64,000 bases of DNA, taken from NCBI RefSeq assembly GCF_033153115.1, contig NW_026889751.1, forward strand, positions 28,024,001-28,088,000, given 5' to 3'. This document shows, piece after piece, positions 11,506-25,199 of the stretch. Both the position numbers and the translations under genes were made by a program. Positions within the stretch are counted from its first letter, which is position 1; every line of letters begins with the position of its first letter. Under the pieces are notes generated by a model that worked only from the letters and a program-made list of their open reading frames with translations, did no database searches and was not told the origin of the DNA. This DNA is from Saccostrea echinata (lineage: Eukaryota).

Positions 11506-13182
11506 ATGGACCCCTATAGCAGCGACCAGGACGTGATGCGATGTGACCTGTGTGAGAGCGATGTGGTACAGATGTACTGTGATACATGTCTTGTCAACCT
11601 GTGTAAGGCCTGTGTGGGAGAACACTTTTCTGTTGATCTCTCTAAATCTCATAAAATCGTTGATTTCAAGGACCGAAACTCTACCCTTCTTTGCCCCAAA
11701 TGCACCTCTCATGATAAAGAAACGGGTGAAATGTATTGTTGTGAGTGTGACGTTCCTGTCTGTAGTGGATGCATTTCAACAGATCATCTGGGGCACAATT
11801 TGATGAAAATCATGCAAACCCATGACGAAAAAAGGGACAACCTCATCAAAGAACAAGTTGAACTCAACAACAAAATTTTTCCAACATACCAGGACATTGC
11901 CTCAGATGTACAAAACAGAATGAGTCAGTTAGAAAAGGAATATGGAGAACTCTCAACAACCATAACAAAACATGGAGAGGACTGGCACGGAGAAATTGAC
12001 AAGCTTGTCATGGAACTAAGAGTTGAAGTTGATGAGATGAAAAAATCACAGTTACAAACTCTACAGAAACATCTGGATGAAATAAACAAAAACATTCATG
12101 ACATCAAGGATGAAATAACATTAATCGGTACTGTCCTTAATTCTACAGACAATGCAAACACGCTTAGTATGCCTTCAAAAGCTGATGTGTATAAAGCACT
12201 TCCAAGCAAAGTCATAGTTTCCTTACCAGAATTTAACCCAAAGGAATTACTGGCGGACCACCTATTTAGTCTGACACCAATTCCGAAAAAATCAGATGAT
12301 CATGGCTACCAAATGAAGACAACAGAGAAAACACCAGAAGCTCGATTCTCTTCTGCTATCAAAAAGATGTTTACTGAACCACACACTGTTACAACCATAG
12401 ATACTGGATATGAAAAACTGTACAATGTGGCCAGTCTTAGAAAGAAAGAAATCTGGACAAATGGTATTGACAATAAGATGAAGCTCTTTAACGTCATTCA
12501 GAAATCACTACTCAAGTCAATCAGAACCAAGTCAGGGAACACGCCAGAGGACATAGCAGTAACAAAAAGTGGAGACTTAGTTTATACTGATTACAGTGCC
12601 AGAACTGTGAACCTTGTGAAGAATGAGAAGACAGAGGAGGTGATCAGACTAAAGAACTGGATACCTCATGGCGTCTCTAGCACCTCTTCTGGTGACCTCC
12701 TTGTTATCATGGGTAGTGATGATAAAAAGCAATCGAAAGTTGTCCGTTATTCTGGCTCCACAGAGAAACAAACCATTCAGTTCGATGATAAAGGTAAACC
12801 TCTCTACTCATCTGGTCGATACAACAGATTCATTGCTGAGAACAGGAACCTGGATATTTGTGTGTCTGACTGTGCAGCTAATGCAGTAGTGGTGGTCAAT
12901 CAGGCCGGGAAACTGAACTTCAGGTATGCTGGACATACTCCTGCTCCAAAGAAACACAAACCATTCAGTCCACGAGGAATCACCACAGACAGTCAGAGTC
13001 ACATCCTTACAGCTGATCATAACAACCACTGTGTCCACATCATAGACCAGGATGGACAGTTCATCCGTTACATAGACTGTGGACTGAGTAAACCCTGGGG
13101 ACTGTGTACAGATACAAGTGACAATCTGTTTGTTGCTCAATGGAAAAACGGTCAAGTGAAGAAAATCAAATATTACCAGTGA
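11506..13182 (+). CDS. RING-less TRIM-NHL-like protein (B-box1, B-box2, coiled coil, NHL beta-propeller), intact, single coding exon
   Basis: 558 aa ORF. B-boxes CDLC...YCDTCLVNLCKACVGEH and CTSH...YCCECDVPVCSGCISTDHLGH, heptad-rich middle, NHL repeats (PEDIAV..GDLVYTD; PRGITTDSQSHILTAD..NHCVHIID; PWGLCTD..DNLFVA). Confidence 0.93.
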   Translation: MDPYSSDQDVMRCDLCESDVVQMYCDTCLVNLCKACVGEHFSVDLSKSHKIVDFKDRNSTLLCPKCTSHDKETGEMYCCECDVPVCSGCISTDHLGHNLMKIMQTHDEKRDNLIKEQVELNNKIFPTYQDIASDVQNRMSQLEKEYGELSTTITKHGEDWHGEIDKLVMELRVEVDEMKKSQLQTLQKHLDEINKNIHDIKDEITLIGTVLNSTDNANTLSMPSKADVYKALPSKVIVSLPEFNPKELLADHLFSLTPIPKKSDDHGYQMKTTEKTPEARFSSAIKKMFTEPHTVTTIDTGYEKLYNVASLRKKEIWTNGIDNKMKLFNVIQKSLLKSIRTKSGNTPEDIAVTKSGDLVYTDYSARTVNLVKNEKTEEVIRLKNWIPHGVSSTSSGDLLVIMGSDDKKQSKVVRYSGSTEKQTIQFDDKGKPLYSSGRYNRFIAENRNLDICVSDCAANAVVVVNQAGKLNFRYAGHTPAPKKHKPFSPRGITTDSQSHILTADHNNHCVHIIDQDGQFIRYIDCGLSKPWGLCTDTSDNLFVAQWKNGQVKKIKYYQ

Positions 13183-13998
13183 GATCCATCATTAAAACAA
13201 TCTTTAAAACACGATGATCGTTCTAAACATTTTCATTCCCATGATAAAATGTACTATTTTTGATATGATGGTTATGATAATTAATAAAGCCATTATTTTT
13301 TTTATATACATATTGCAATAAAAATTTTTTTAACTTATCTCTCGCAATTTATGTAGATTGCATGTAATAATAATAATAATATTTACATTTTCAATTGTTT
13401 TCCTTATATGAACTGACTGAAGAGAAAATACATGTACATGTATGTTCAATTCTGTATGAACGTATTAGAGGGTCAGAGGAATCACACGGAGAGATGATAT
13501 CTTGCCTACATATTTCTGTCACATTGAAACTGCTTTCGGAACTTCGAAATCGATAGGTATGAAAAAGATAAAATAATTTAAACATATGGATATTTTTTCC
13601 AGGGACAGTAACTGTTGTCTATTAGATTTTTTTTTCGGTGTGTAGAATGGTTTAAATAAAAGTATGAAAATCGTGCTTACATTTTTAGCCCGAAATTCCT
13701 GAAGGTATGTAAACTGAAACGGACGATAACGCCGCCTTTGGCTTCAGATATGTTAAAAAAAAAAAAAAAAAAAAAAAACTCTTAAAATAGTAAGACAATT
13801 CTTTATACCTATCATTTTTCTATAATTATAAACAGATATTTCCTGAACTTGATTGCCAAACATCAATATAAACATTCAAATGTTGGAGCAAAGCGAACTT
13901 TAACAACCAAATAACTTCTAGATAATTGCGTGTCACAACATAGCGATACGGCTTGTAATATTTCTTTTCGAACATTTGTCTCAAATGTAAATTTAAGT

Positions 13999-14148
13999 AA
14001 TAAATAACAAGATTACAGAGTTCACTGGGAAATGAACTTGGTTGGTACCTGATCAAATTTACTAAGAAACCCTTCGGGCTTTACATAATTTGATCACGTG
14101 AACAACCAAGTTCATTTTCCAGAGAAATGTTCAACCTTGTTATTTATT
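13999..14148. mobile_element. Fully palindromic hairpin MITE-like element
   Basis: AATAAATAACAAG...GGGAAATGAACTTGGTTG..TGATCAAAT / ATTTGATCA..CAACCAAGTTCATTTTCC...CTTGTTATTTATT around a CCCTTCGGG centre. Confidence 0.65.
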
Positions 14149-14172
14149 TCAGAAATAATAATAAATATAGGA

Positions 14173-14287
14173 TACCGGTTTTCTCCAACTCTCCTTCCTT
14201 AAATTTTGATTGTTAATAGACTCGATGGATGCCGAGTTTCTATTGAAAATTAAAAATTTAAAGAAGGTGAGTTAGAGAAAACCGGTA
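14173..14287. mobile_element. Palindromic hairpin MITE-like element
   Basis: TACCGGTTTTCTCCAACTCTCCTTC...GAAGGTGAGTTAGAGAAAACCGGTA. Confidence 0.65.
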
Positions 14288-14555
14288 CTTAACGACCACA
14301 CATTATGGAACCTTTTTCTCCCTATACTAAAATTTGTCAAAGTAGCTGAACATTATTACTGGACAAAACACAAACAAATAGTGAGAAGAATGTGACGTCA
14401 TAATACGTGTTCTCTAACACGTAAGAGAACCAAAAAAATAAAAGGATCACTGCACAGGAATGATGAAACATATAACGGTAATAGGAGAACAATAAATTTT
14501 CTCTAATCAACATTTAAAGAGCCAAAATAATATGTACAAACTTCGATCCTTTGTT

Positions 14556-14845
14556 TTGTTTGTTGTTTAACGTCCCTCTCGAGAATTTTTTACTCATATA
14601 GAGACTCCACCACTTGCAGTTGGAGGGCCGCAATTTTATACCTATACTCGGCACTTAGGGTCATTGAGCAGTGAGGGATCTTTTTTGTGCCAACAACTAC
14701 TGCGACACGGACCTCGGTTTATACGGTCTCATCTGAAGGACCGGTCTCTACGTCCCGCAGTGGATTCGAACCCGCGACGTAAGGATCAACTCCTTACTCT
14801 GCGACTCTAGAGCAAACGCTCTAACCATTGCGCCACGCGGGCGAC
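14556..14845 (-). mobile_element. tRNA/Deu SINE, copy 3
   Basis: Same family; perfect 13-bp TSD TCGATCCTTTGTT at 14543-14555 and 14846-14858. Confidence 0.92.
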
Positions 14846-17029
14846 TCGATCCTTTGTTAATCGGTCCTTTCTTAATTGAATTGACAAATCAAATTCATTA
14901 TTCACTGTTCCTTCTGTATAGATAAATCTGCTTCTGCATGACTCTGAAAATATGTATGGAAACCAAAAAATACTTGGTCTTAATATGTTATTTTCATGAT
15001 CAAAGCTAAATTTAGAGATCAGAGCAGATTCTTACTATGAAAAGGTTACGTTGTTGAAGAACAGATTGTAGGAACAAACATTTTTCTGTTCAAAATACTG
15101 ACAGGTGTGGTCGGGGAAGAAAATTAAATAAAAAAAAATCCATGATAGAGGTTTCATGCAAGATTAAAGTTCGTCAAAATATAGTCAACTGTTATTTTCT
15201 GGATTTAATAGTATCCAATCAGTTCTTAATTTTATAAATGTTAATGAAAATGAAAATTTTCACTTTTACATATTCTAACAGTTAATTTTAGTTTTTTAGG
15301 TCGACGAATAATGCAAAATGTAAATTTCTTATTAAACCATTCCATTCATTTCATTTCAGGTTGAAAAATTGATTCAGCAAATTTACTTTTTTGGACGTCT
15401 TCGATATTATGCAATCCATATGCATTTTATAAAAAGATAACTGTGGATCTTATAAGTTTATCAAGAGTAGCCTCATTGTAATCATACCCAAAGATTTGAC
15501 CGTCTTCCAGTTGTGGATTTGCTTTTTTCATATGAGTGTGTTTTGGAGGCTGTCAAAATATATCCAAACAATCATCCAATAATAAAACTTTATAACAATC
15601 AAAAAATAAAGTGTCGAAATGTTGTCGACAGAAGAACGTGTAGAATCAAGTCGAACGTGCGATATATAAAATAAAATCGTACAGATTTTTTTGTGAATGC
15701 AGTGTTTGTGTAGATTAAGGTACATATTTCTTATTGTAGGTGGTCCCCTTTGTCAAAGAAATGAAAATTATAGACCGTCTACAAAAAATTCTCTCTTCTC
15801 AATTCTTATTTACACTTGTAGGTAAGATATTTCTTTTTCATCTATTTTATCTTACTTTTTCTATTCGTTTTGGGGTATGTTTGCATTGTTGTTCATATTC
15901 GTTAAAAGATATTTTAAAGTGTATGTGTACAAAATAAACATTTGAGTCTTTTATTGGTTGGAAAGGACAAATAGGTGTTCATCTTATAAAGGTGTCCTAG
16001 TGTGATATATAAGATGACGATCGCAATTATATGTGTTTTTATGCATTTTATATATTATTTGGTATTTGCAAGGTTTGGTCCATATAAGTGAAATATGATG
16101 CATTTAAAGAGAAAGGTTCACTTTATACATAAAATGGCCTTGCAGATAAACTAATTGACAAGCACCCTATGTCCTATTTCAATCATCAGTGTAAAGTAGA
16201 GACTTAGTGCTTTCATTTCCTATAACAGTTTCTTCTGAGAGTTCAGGCTTTCTAAAACAGGCTTTGTGAAATTGCAAGGTCTTTGAATTTTGCAGAAAAC
16301 GTGTATTTGAGAACCGTCAGAAAATTTTACAATATGAGCACATCCCTTGATCCAAAAAAGAAAAAGAAACGTTTTATAATCTTCAGAAACGGTTCTTTCA
16401 TTAGATTATATAATTATTACTTTCAGTCGCCCCTACACTGAATGCTGAGCCGCAGATTATTTCATCGTTGGTTAGAAGCAATGTATAATTGCAGATTCTG
16501 GATTAGAGTTTGTGCTCTATACGCAATATTGAAATAAAAAACATAGACTGATGGCCATCTTCATGGACAAAACTTATGACGTCAAAATGCATTGACCATC
16601 ATCAAAATTTCGTCATTTTAAATAGATATGCAGTCACCAAGTGTCGAAATGATATTTAATTCATTTTCAACTAAAATTGAGCAGTTTTGATTTTTCAGAA
16701 ATTTACAGGCCCAAAATAGACCCTAAGTGAACCTTGCTCTTTAAATGTAAATGTATTTTTGAAACATAAGGACCTGTCAGTAGAATATCGACACCAAATT
16801 CAAGATCAGTCATATATCTACTAGGTAGTCAACCTTGATGTTTTACTATTGTTGTCAAATTTGAAGTGCGCAGCCCTTTCGGTTTTAAATCTATGTCCAG
16901 TATTAATAAACTTTACAAAGACAGACAGACAGACAGACAGTCAAAAAGAAAGACTCAAAAACAAGACTCAAGGAAAAGGTCAAAAACATCAATACCTCGG
17001 CAGACTTTTGATCTACAATTGAAATAAAG

Positions 17030-17900
17030 ATCTATGTTGGCATGCTGTTTCCCATTAATAGAACATGGTCAATCCAATTCTATGTTGGCATGCTGTTTCC
17101 CATTAATAGAACATGGTCAATCCAATTCCACTTCTAAGTGTTATAATTTCACTTGCTCTTGTTCATCTATGAAATAGTGTTTCATTCGATATTTTATCTA
17201 GCAATCTAACTCTCAAAAATTTTCTCAGGCATATATTTCTTCTTTTTGTCTCGCTTTGTTGTTTTCCATGTCTTGCTTTCATACATAAGAACCGACAGGA
17301 CCATGATGTTAAATAACTTTTGTTTGAGTGGAAAAATTTTAATGAGATTCAGATGTTTCTGAGTCTTCTAAATTGAGCTTTGCTTTTCCCAGTCTGTTGG
17401 CAATGACCTCGACAGACTTCCCTTTGTTGTTATCACACCTCCAAGGTAAGTAAATGTTTCTATATTCTCTAGGTATTGATTTAAACTGGCTGAGACTCTC
17501 ACGTCTGTGTTGAGTCTCATTACTTTTGACTTTCTTAATTTTTATTCTGAGGCCAACTCGAAATGCATTTTCATGTACTCTTTCTGCTTTTGTATGTCCT
17601 CTATTTTCAAGAAGAGTAAAGCAAGGTCGTCTGAGACGTCTAGATCTTCAGGTTTTGTGGTGAATTTCCACCTTATTCCTGTTGGTTTTCTTTCTGTAGC
17701 TCTCTTCATTATTAAGTATATAACCAGCAAAAACAAGAATCCAGACAAAATGGAAAATTTCTTCACTGCTGTTCTTTCCCGGAACCAGTCGAATTCTTCA
17801 CCATCTTTAGCAGTGCACATTTGAATGTTTCATACTTAAGTTTCACCATATTGACCAGCTCGTTTAATTTCAATAACTGCAATAAAACATGATAGACCAA
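17030..17900 (-). mobile_element. Degenerate RTE-clade LINE reverse transcriptase fragment
   Basis: ILSGFLFLLVI..IMKRATE..TGIRWKFTTKPEDLDVSDDLALL (LDFADD-type motif) and C-terminal WNWIGHVL. Contains a 48-bp tandem duplication at 17031-17128. Confidence 0.75.
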
Positions 17901-18011
17901 AGACTCTGTCTATGAATGGAATTAAAGGCCTTCTAAAAATTAACTAAGTTTTCAAAACATGTTAAGTTCCATTTTATGGAATCAAGCTGAAAAAAGAAAA
18001 AAAATAATGCG

Positions 18012-18329
18012 TTGATCCCGTTTGATGTCACAAATATTGTTCAACATGCCCTAGTCTTAATCGGGAACGCCCATTTTGTTTTCATGACAGAAGAAGGTAT
18101 CTTAATTGAATCTTACCAGGCCTTATCAAATTCAAGAAATTGTCTGACAGTGTTTGGTACGAAATTTCGCAAGAAATTAACAAATGATGGTAAAAATTAT
18201 AAAGAATTATACAAGATAAATTCACAACATAAAAAGGTAGCTGAAAAAACTGTTCATTTTGTTACGAAGCCTTTAATAAGCAGCAACGTACAAATTGTCC
18301 CACGATTCCAACTATCGTTGATGCCCTGA
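18012..18329 (+). mobile_element. Possible decayed DIRS-type gag fragment
   Basis: QHALVLIGNAHFVF...VFGTKFRKKL resembles gag-like ORFs of tyrosine-recombinase retroelements; recognition only. Confidence 0.3.
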
Positions 18330-19627
18330 CATACCCAGCAAAATAGGCAGTAATTTCTTAAATTTGACCCATACTCAAAGATGTCTGGCGCATTCTACGA
18401 AGAGTTGATGGGGGGGGGGGGGCTAGTTTCTTTAGGTTTTGGATATGGCAAATTGGACAAATGTATCCACTTTCAGAAGATTTTATTGCAGACCATTTTC
18501 TGATACAAGTTCCTTTGCGATCGCAGCACTATCGCCTGGTATGTGCCTTTTAAAAAATAAATGGTGAGCTCTGAACGTGCGATATTATATCATATGACTT
18601 TTTTGAAATATGATTGAAGATTTGTAAAGGCGCTTTAGTGCCTGATAAAATATACAGATTATACGATATCTGAATAAATTGGTCAATTTATGTATCTAAT
18701 ATTTTAGCAACACTGAAACTTGAAAAACTAGTTGGAAGTCCTGCAATATGAGAAAAACACCTCGTGCTGAACGCATGCAAACATCAGTCACGGAAAATTT
18801 TATACCCGATGATTGAATAAAAAAAATTATGTCTGCGGAATTATGAACCCGTAAAATATACGTTTACAATATTAAAAGTTTAAAAACCCAAAGTGAAATA
18901 AGTCTTCATTGCTATCCGTCCGGGACCACTTTCCCTACAAATAATATCTAGTTGTACTGACTGTGCCATAGTTGTAGAGTAATGTGATATATAAAACTGA
19001 GCTATATATGGAGCTTGAACAGCTGTTGAACATCAGATATAACCAAGCCAAACCGGAAGAAAAAAGAACACGTCAGCACACCAAAGACAGGATAAAGTAG
19101 AACACGTCAGCACACCAAAGACAGGTAAAATTTCTTGAAGTTATTACCATCTAACCAAAATCAAAAGATTCTATTGTCGTCAATTATTACATGCATAAAA
19201 CTTTTGAATATATTTCTTTTAATGTATAGTAAGCTTGGGATCTATGACTGTAAAATAACTAAACTTGAGATTGCGCTTCTTCTCTTGTGCAGTTCTCTAG
19301 AAAGAAATATTTTTAAGTACTTAGTTACAGGCGTACTTTTTCCGCGTGGGATTAATTTTCGCTATGTATGCGAAAAATTGTCAAAGCGTACTAAAAGTGC
19401 ATTAAAAAGTGGCAGTCTAAGAATTTCGAGTAATTTTATACGTTTACAATATTAAAAGTTTAAAGTGAAATTAGCCTTCATTGCTATCCATTAATTTATG
19501 TATCACCACTTCTAATTATTCCTTTCTTTTAATTGACAGCATGTTAAGGATTTATTGGTGTAAATAACTTGTAGATTGCCATTTCTCTCCTGCACGTATT
19601 GAATTAATTTTATGTTTTTTTTTCTTT

Positions 19628-20260
19628 TTTTGGCTCACCTGAGCTGAAAGCTGAATTGATCTTTTCTGATAACGGTTTGTCCGGCATCCGTCCGTCTGTC
19701 TGTAAACTTTTCACGTTTTCGACTTCATCTTGAGAACCACAAAGTATCCAGAATGAAAGGGATTTCATTTTGTTCGAATGAAGGGTCACGCCTTCTTTAA
19801 ATATACAATAATTAAGAATTAGCAAACATTTAATGGCATTTGAAAACCTTCTGTTCTCAAAACCACTGGGCCAGAAAAATTAAACTTGTGTAAAAGTTTC
19901 ATTCCTTAGTGTAGATTCAAGTTGTTTCAAATCATGGTAGGGTAGGGCCACATTAGTCGATCAAAGGTTTATATAGGAAAAATTTTTTAAAAATTCCTTT
20001 CAAGAACATCAAAACTATGGTTAGTCATCTTTATATGGAAGGATTTTCAGAAAGTATAGATTCAAGTTTGTTCAGATTTGGGCGATCAAAGTTTTACTTA
20101 TAAATACTCGTATATAGGAAAGATCTCTAAAAACCATCTTCTTAAGAACAGCAAAACCATGATTAGTCATTTTATATGGAAGCATCCTTGGATAATGTAG
20201 ATAAAAGTTTGTTCCATTCATGACCCTTCGAGGGAGTTGTGGTGTCACAAGGTAAGGAAA
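19628..20260 (-). mobile_element. Non-autonomous Helentron (HINE/pearl-like) element
   Basis: GCTCACCTGAGCTGAAAGCT end, CCGT/CTGT microsatellite and degenerate internal repeats; the reverse complement resembles 61302-61910. Confidence 0.7.
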
Positions 20261-21136
20261 AAATAAGAAAACTGATTTGGGGCGGGGGGGGGGGGATTGA
20301 TGAAGATGACAGTTATTTTTTATAGATGCAAGTATCAGATTCCTTAAACTTATTTTGAAACGTGTTATGGTGCAAAGCTGTATTTAAGTATGAAAGGTTT
20401 GGTTAAAGTACAATCTGAAAACTTGATTGAAATCGATAAATCAAGATGGAATGCTTGGCTGTGAAAAGGTTGCACATGAATATGTTTTAAAAACACACAA
20501 GGTAAAAGATACCAAAAGACAGCTAAAATGTGATAACATGTGATATCTACTTAGCAAGCAAACTCTAATAATGTGAAGAAATGATGATTTTTATAAACAG
20601 GTAAACACATGTACTATGTTTTGTGTTCTAGGTTCTTGGCAAAAGTATCATATATCATACCAGAAAAGCTAACCAAATCTTGACAAATGATTAGAAGAGA
20701 TGTAACCAAATTTTTTTGTTGAACTGCATGTATGTATATTGAAAAAAAAACCGTGCCTGTAAATATACTTCGTAAGACAAAAATTTCATTTATTGTCTTT
20801 GAATCTACATACTTTAAAAAAAATTATGTAATAAGGGAAGTTATTCCTTATCGCTAAGCAGGTGTCAATGCATATAAACATCATGAAGTACTATTGTATA
20901 CCATACTGTAAGAATATTGAACCTGTTTTAAAAAGCGGAGTAAAGAATCTAAAATTAAATCTCGGTTTTCGTTTAATGAATCGGACTAATCCACTTTGGG
21001 GTAAACAAGAAAATGAAATACCGGTAACTAAGAAAACATAGAAAATCTTTTGGATGCTTTAAGTTTATCTGCCCATGCATATACTATGCGTTATATCTAA
21101 AATATGATAAAAGAAACTTTCCAAAGCTGGAGAATT

Positions 21137-21417
21137 TTTTTTTGTTTGTTTGTTGTTTAACGTCCCTCTCGAGAATTTTTCACTCATATGGAGACGCAAC
21201 CACTTGCCGGTGGAGAGCTGCAAATTTTTGACCTATATTCGGCACTCAGGGCCATTGAGCAGTGAGGAATTTGTGACACGGGACCACGGTTTATACGGTT
21301 TCATCCGAAGGACCGGTCTCTACGCCCCGCAGTGGGATTCGGACCTGCGACACAAGGATCAAGTCCTTACTCCGCGACTCTAGAGCAGACGCTTTACCAC
21401 TGCGCCATGCTGGCGAC
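21137..21417 (-). mobile_element. tRNA/Deu SINE, copy 4 (internal deletion)
   Basis: Same family; TSD GCT(G/C)GAGAATT at 21126-21136 and 21418-21428. Confidence 0.9.
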
Positions 21418-21999
21418 GCTCGAGAATTAATTAGGCTATAACAAAATACTTCTTTGGTTCCAGGAAGCCATCACATCCATTCAATAGAACATTCCAAGAA
21501 TTTACTCATGGCATTATTTCACGCCAAATAACTGACTGTGTCACCCCTCATATAGAGAAATGGTGTACATTTTGCTGCGTATCGGCCATGTAGTATTTAA
21601 TATTGCAGATTTCTGTTATATAAGGGAAAACAGATTTTTTTTTTTTTTTAAAAAATCATGAATTCGGAATAATTTCTTCCTCATATGGTTCTATCTTTTA
21701 TTGAGTCCTGGATTGGAGTGCACTTTTTTGTTTACAAAATAACAAAGAGTTGATGGTTCCTTTTGAGTTTGAAAATCTGAAACGGTGCTTCATGACTTTA
21801 ATATAGGAAATTGTGGCGAAAGAGCTGGGAAAGCTTTTGTGGAGTAAATTTAGAAATATTTGACATTTTTTGACAGAGTTTATTCTCATTTGTCCTGAAG
21901 GTGTGTACTTCCAATTTCAAAAAATAAATCATTAGTTTAAAATGATAAGAAGGTTCCTTTTGAACTTGAAAATTATGCTCACGCATCAATGACGTCTGA

Positions 22000-22092
22000 T
22001 CCACCTCTAATGTTTTTGGAGGTCCGTGTTTGCTCTTCTTCCGATTTGTACTGTTTTAATGGAATTTGACTTGAATACTTTTCGTTATCTAT
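22000..22092 (+). mobile_element. Short 3' fragment of Penelope-like element
   Basis: CCACCTCTAATGTTTTTGGAGGTCCGTGTTTGCTC... is the reverse complement of 56560-56655. Confidence 0.6.
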
Positions 22093-23182
22093 ATATTTCA
22101 CTTAAGCCAGAATTTAGACAAAGTGAATGAGCCTCCATGTGGGGAAAATACAGTTGTTGTTAGTCTGAGAAAACATAATTAACACTTGATTGTTGACATA
22201 ATTGATTGTTAACATAATGAAAATATGATCAAATTTATATTTTTTTATTTCAGAAAAGGATCATCGATCAATAAATTATGAGGATTTCTAGAAATATCAC
22301 AATAATAATGAATATTAATTAGTAGCGGTCACGTGATCGATAAATCAAGAATAAAGTGTATAACATCTTGGCATACGTTTTAAGGAAGACAAATGGAACT
22401 GATCCATGCAGAAGAATAGAAACGCAGAATAAAGATCACACGGACATGTCCATATAGTTACATGGAAAAAATCCAAAGGAAGTAATTAAACACGCAATAC
22501 ATGTATTATGCATTATTTTGGAGATTTTTACTTGGCTACCTTTTGTTGTTGATAAATTCCGATGTAAATCTGCTTGCACATAATAGCTCCTACCAAGAGT
22601 TTCGCGCCATGGAAAATTAAAAATTAATCCTAAACCAGCCTAGTGCTTAGGCTAGTCTAGTCAAGAAAATTCACCGAGATGACATCTATATTCAACTCTG
22701 CAAGATTTTACGAAGTTACAGTATTCAACAAAGGCAGATTCTTTTTTGCGTAAAATTTTTATAGTATCAGCATTCAACGAGTAGTCAACTCAGTGGAAAA
22801 CAGTCACTTAACCGTTAATTGACCATTTTATGCAAAGCAGTTGACAGCTGTTCAGAAAAAGCATTCAACTCCTAGTAGTCAACTGTTACCGGGTTTTTCG
22901 TTGACGACTGTAGTTGATGTTCAACTAGACATTTTCGTATAGGCTGGTTAAATCTTTAGACAAGCATGTTGTAATTCTCCGAAGTCAGTTAAAGTCCTAA
23001 TTTCAATAAATCGAAGTAAAAATATTTTCTTATAAAAAAAAATGACACTTTAAATTTCAATGGCCCTTTTCTTATTCTTTAAGGGATTACAGGACGTATG
23101 TACGCAGTTAAAATTCAAGCATTTGCATTTCAATGATCTTAAATTAATTTCTCCACACAGATTTTCAACGAAAAATTAAACT

Positions 23183-24864
23183 ATGAACCCCCGTACCAGT
23201 GCCCAGGATGTGATGCGATGTGACCTGTGTGAGAAGTTCGTGGTACAGATGTACTGTGATACGTGCCTTTTTAATTTGTGTAAGGCCTGTGTAGGGGAAC
23301 ACTTCTCTTCTGATCTCTCAAAACATCATAAAATTGTTGATTTCAAAAACAGAAACTCTACTCTTATTTATCCTGGATGCAGCCAACACGATGAGGAAAC
23401 TTGTGAAATGTACTCTACTAAGTGTGACATTTCTGTTTGCAGTTTTTGTCTTGCCTCAGATCAACATCTAGGACATAAATTAGTAAAAGTCCTGCAAGTC
23501 CAAAATGAAAAAAAGGGCTAAGATCGTTAAAGAACAATCTGAACTTAACATGGTAATTCATCCAACTTATCAGGCCATTGTTTTGATGTACAAAACAGAA
23601 TGATTCAGTTAGAAAAGCAATATGAAGATCTCTCTAACGCCATAACAAAGCATGGAGAAGACTTGCACAGAGAAATTGACAAACGTGTAAAAAAAAACTT
23701 GAAGTTGAAATTGAAGAGATGAAAAACACACAACTTATATCCCTACAGAAACATTTAAATGAAATACAAAAGAAAATATCGAACATTAAGGAGGTAATAC
23801 ATTCATATGATACTGCTTTAGATACAACACAAATTTCCACCCTGCTTAGTGTCCCTTCCACAGTTAATGAATATAGAAAGCTTCCAAAGAAAGTCATAGT
23901 TTCCTTACCTAAATTTTCTCCAAAGAAATCATTGAGGGACCAATTATTTAGTCTGACGCCAATTCCTTTAAAATTAGATGAACACGGATACAACATTAAG
24001 ATGATAGAAAAAATGGAACAAGCTGGATCCTCTCTTCCAGTCAAACAGCTGCTTGATGAACCCCAGACCGTTACCACCATAGACACTGGGTATGAGAGAC
24101 TTTACAAGGTCGCCTGTCTGAATGATATCGATGAAGTTATCTGGACAAGTGGAGATGACAACACCATGAAACTCTTCAGCATTACTGAGGGATCACTACT
24201 CAAGTCAATCAAAGCCAAGTCAGAGAACTTCCCATGTGACATAGCAGTGATAAAAAGTGGAGATCTAGTTTATACTGATAGTAATGATAGAACTGTGAAC
24301 ATTGTAAAAAATAAGAAAGTAGAGGAGGTGATCAGACTACAAAACTGGACACCTAAAGGTATCTGTAGTACCTCCTCTGGTGATCTCCTGGTTACCATGG
24401 ACAGGGATGATAGAAAACTGTCAAAAGTTGTCCGTTACTCTGGATCCACAGAGAAGCAAAACATTTATTTTGATTATAAAGGTAAACCTCTCTTTTCCTC
24501 CGGTCATTATTTCCGATCCATTACTGAGAACAGGAACCTGGATATCTGTGTATCTGATAGAGGAGCAAGAACTGTAGTGGTGGTCAATCAGGCCGGGAAA
24601 CTGAGATTCAGGCACACTGGACATACACCTGCTCCAAATAACAAACCATTCAGTCCACAAGGAATTACTACTGACAGTCAGAGTCACATCCTTACAGCTG
24701 ATATTAACAATGACTGTGTCCACATCATAGACCGGGATGGACAGTTCCTCCGTAACTTCGAATGCGGTCATAATTATCCCTGGGGATTGTGTATAGATAC
24801 AAATGACAATCTGTTCATTGCTCAATAGAGAAACAAAGTGAGGAAAATTAAATATTACCGCTGA
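23183..24864 (+). pseudogene. TRIM-NHL-like paralog, disrupted
   Basis: Colinear with 11506-13182. Frameshifts near 23516, 23580 and 23690 (two in A runs); TGG>TAG at 24826-24828; ancestral stop TGA at 24862-24864. Confidence 0.88.
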
Positions 24865-25165
24865 GATCAAGCTCTTTAATAGTCTACAATAAATATGATT
24901 GTTTTGAACATTGACATGCTGGCATTTACCATACTGAAATGCTTGTTACACTGGTCATAAAAAGTGGTAACTGTGGGAAGCATACATAGGTTTCTTTCTC
25001 TCCATTCCAGCTATTGGGATGACGACTTATCGAAGACACAGTATCAAATATCAAACTCTGATTTATTGTTAAAAATGACAAATGAAATTTTGTACATACA
25101 ATTTTAAGCTATTGAAAATATATACTTACATATGTATCCTAATTAAAATGCTAATGTGAATTTTG

Positions 25166-25199
<34 letters not shown>

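Noticed and set aside
12808-13155. Recurrent antisense ORFs opposite NHL repeats (also 4218-4568, 24421-24870, 51825-52325)
   Set aside because: Shadow frames of conserved sense-strand coding sequence; no independent signal.
18850-19490. About 60-bp direct repeat (18857 and 19438) and a 33-bp tandem duplication (19066-19125)
   Set aside because: Short local duplications without TSD, termini or coding signal.
22634-22950. MITE with ACCAGCCTA...TAGGCTGGT ends
   Set aside because: Only about 10 bp of inverted match and no clear TSD; plausible but unsupported.
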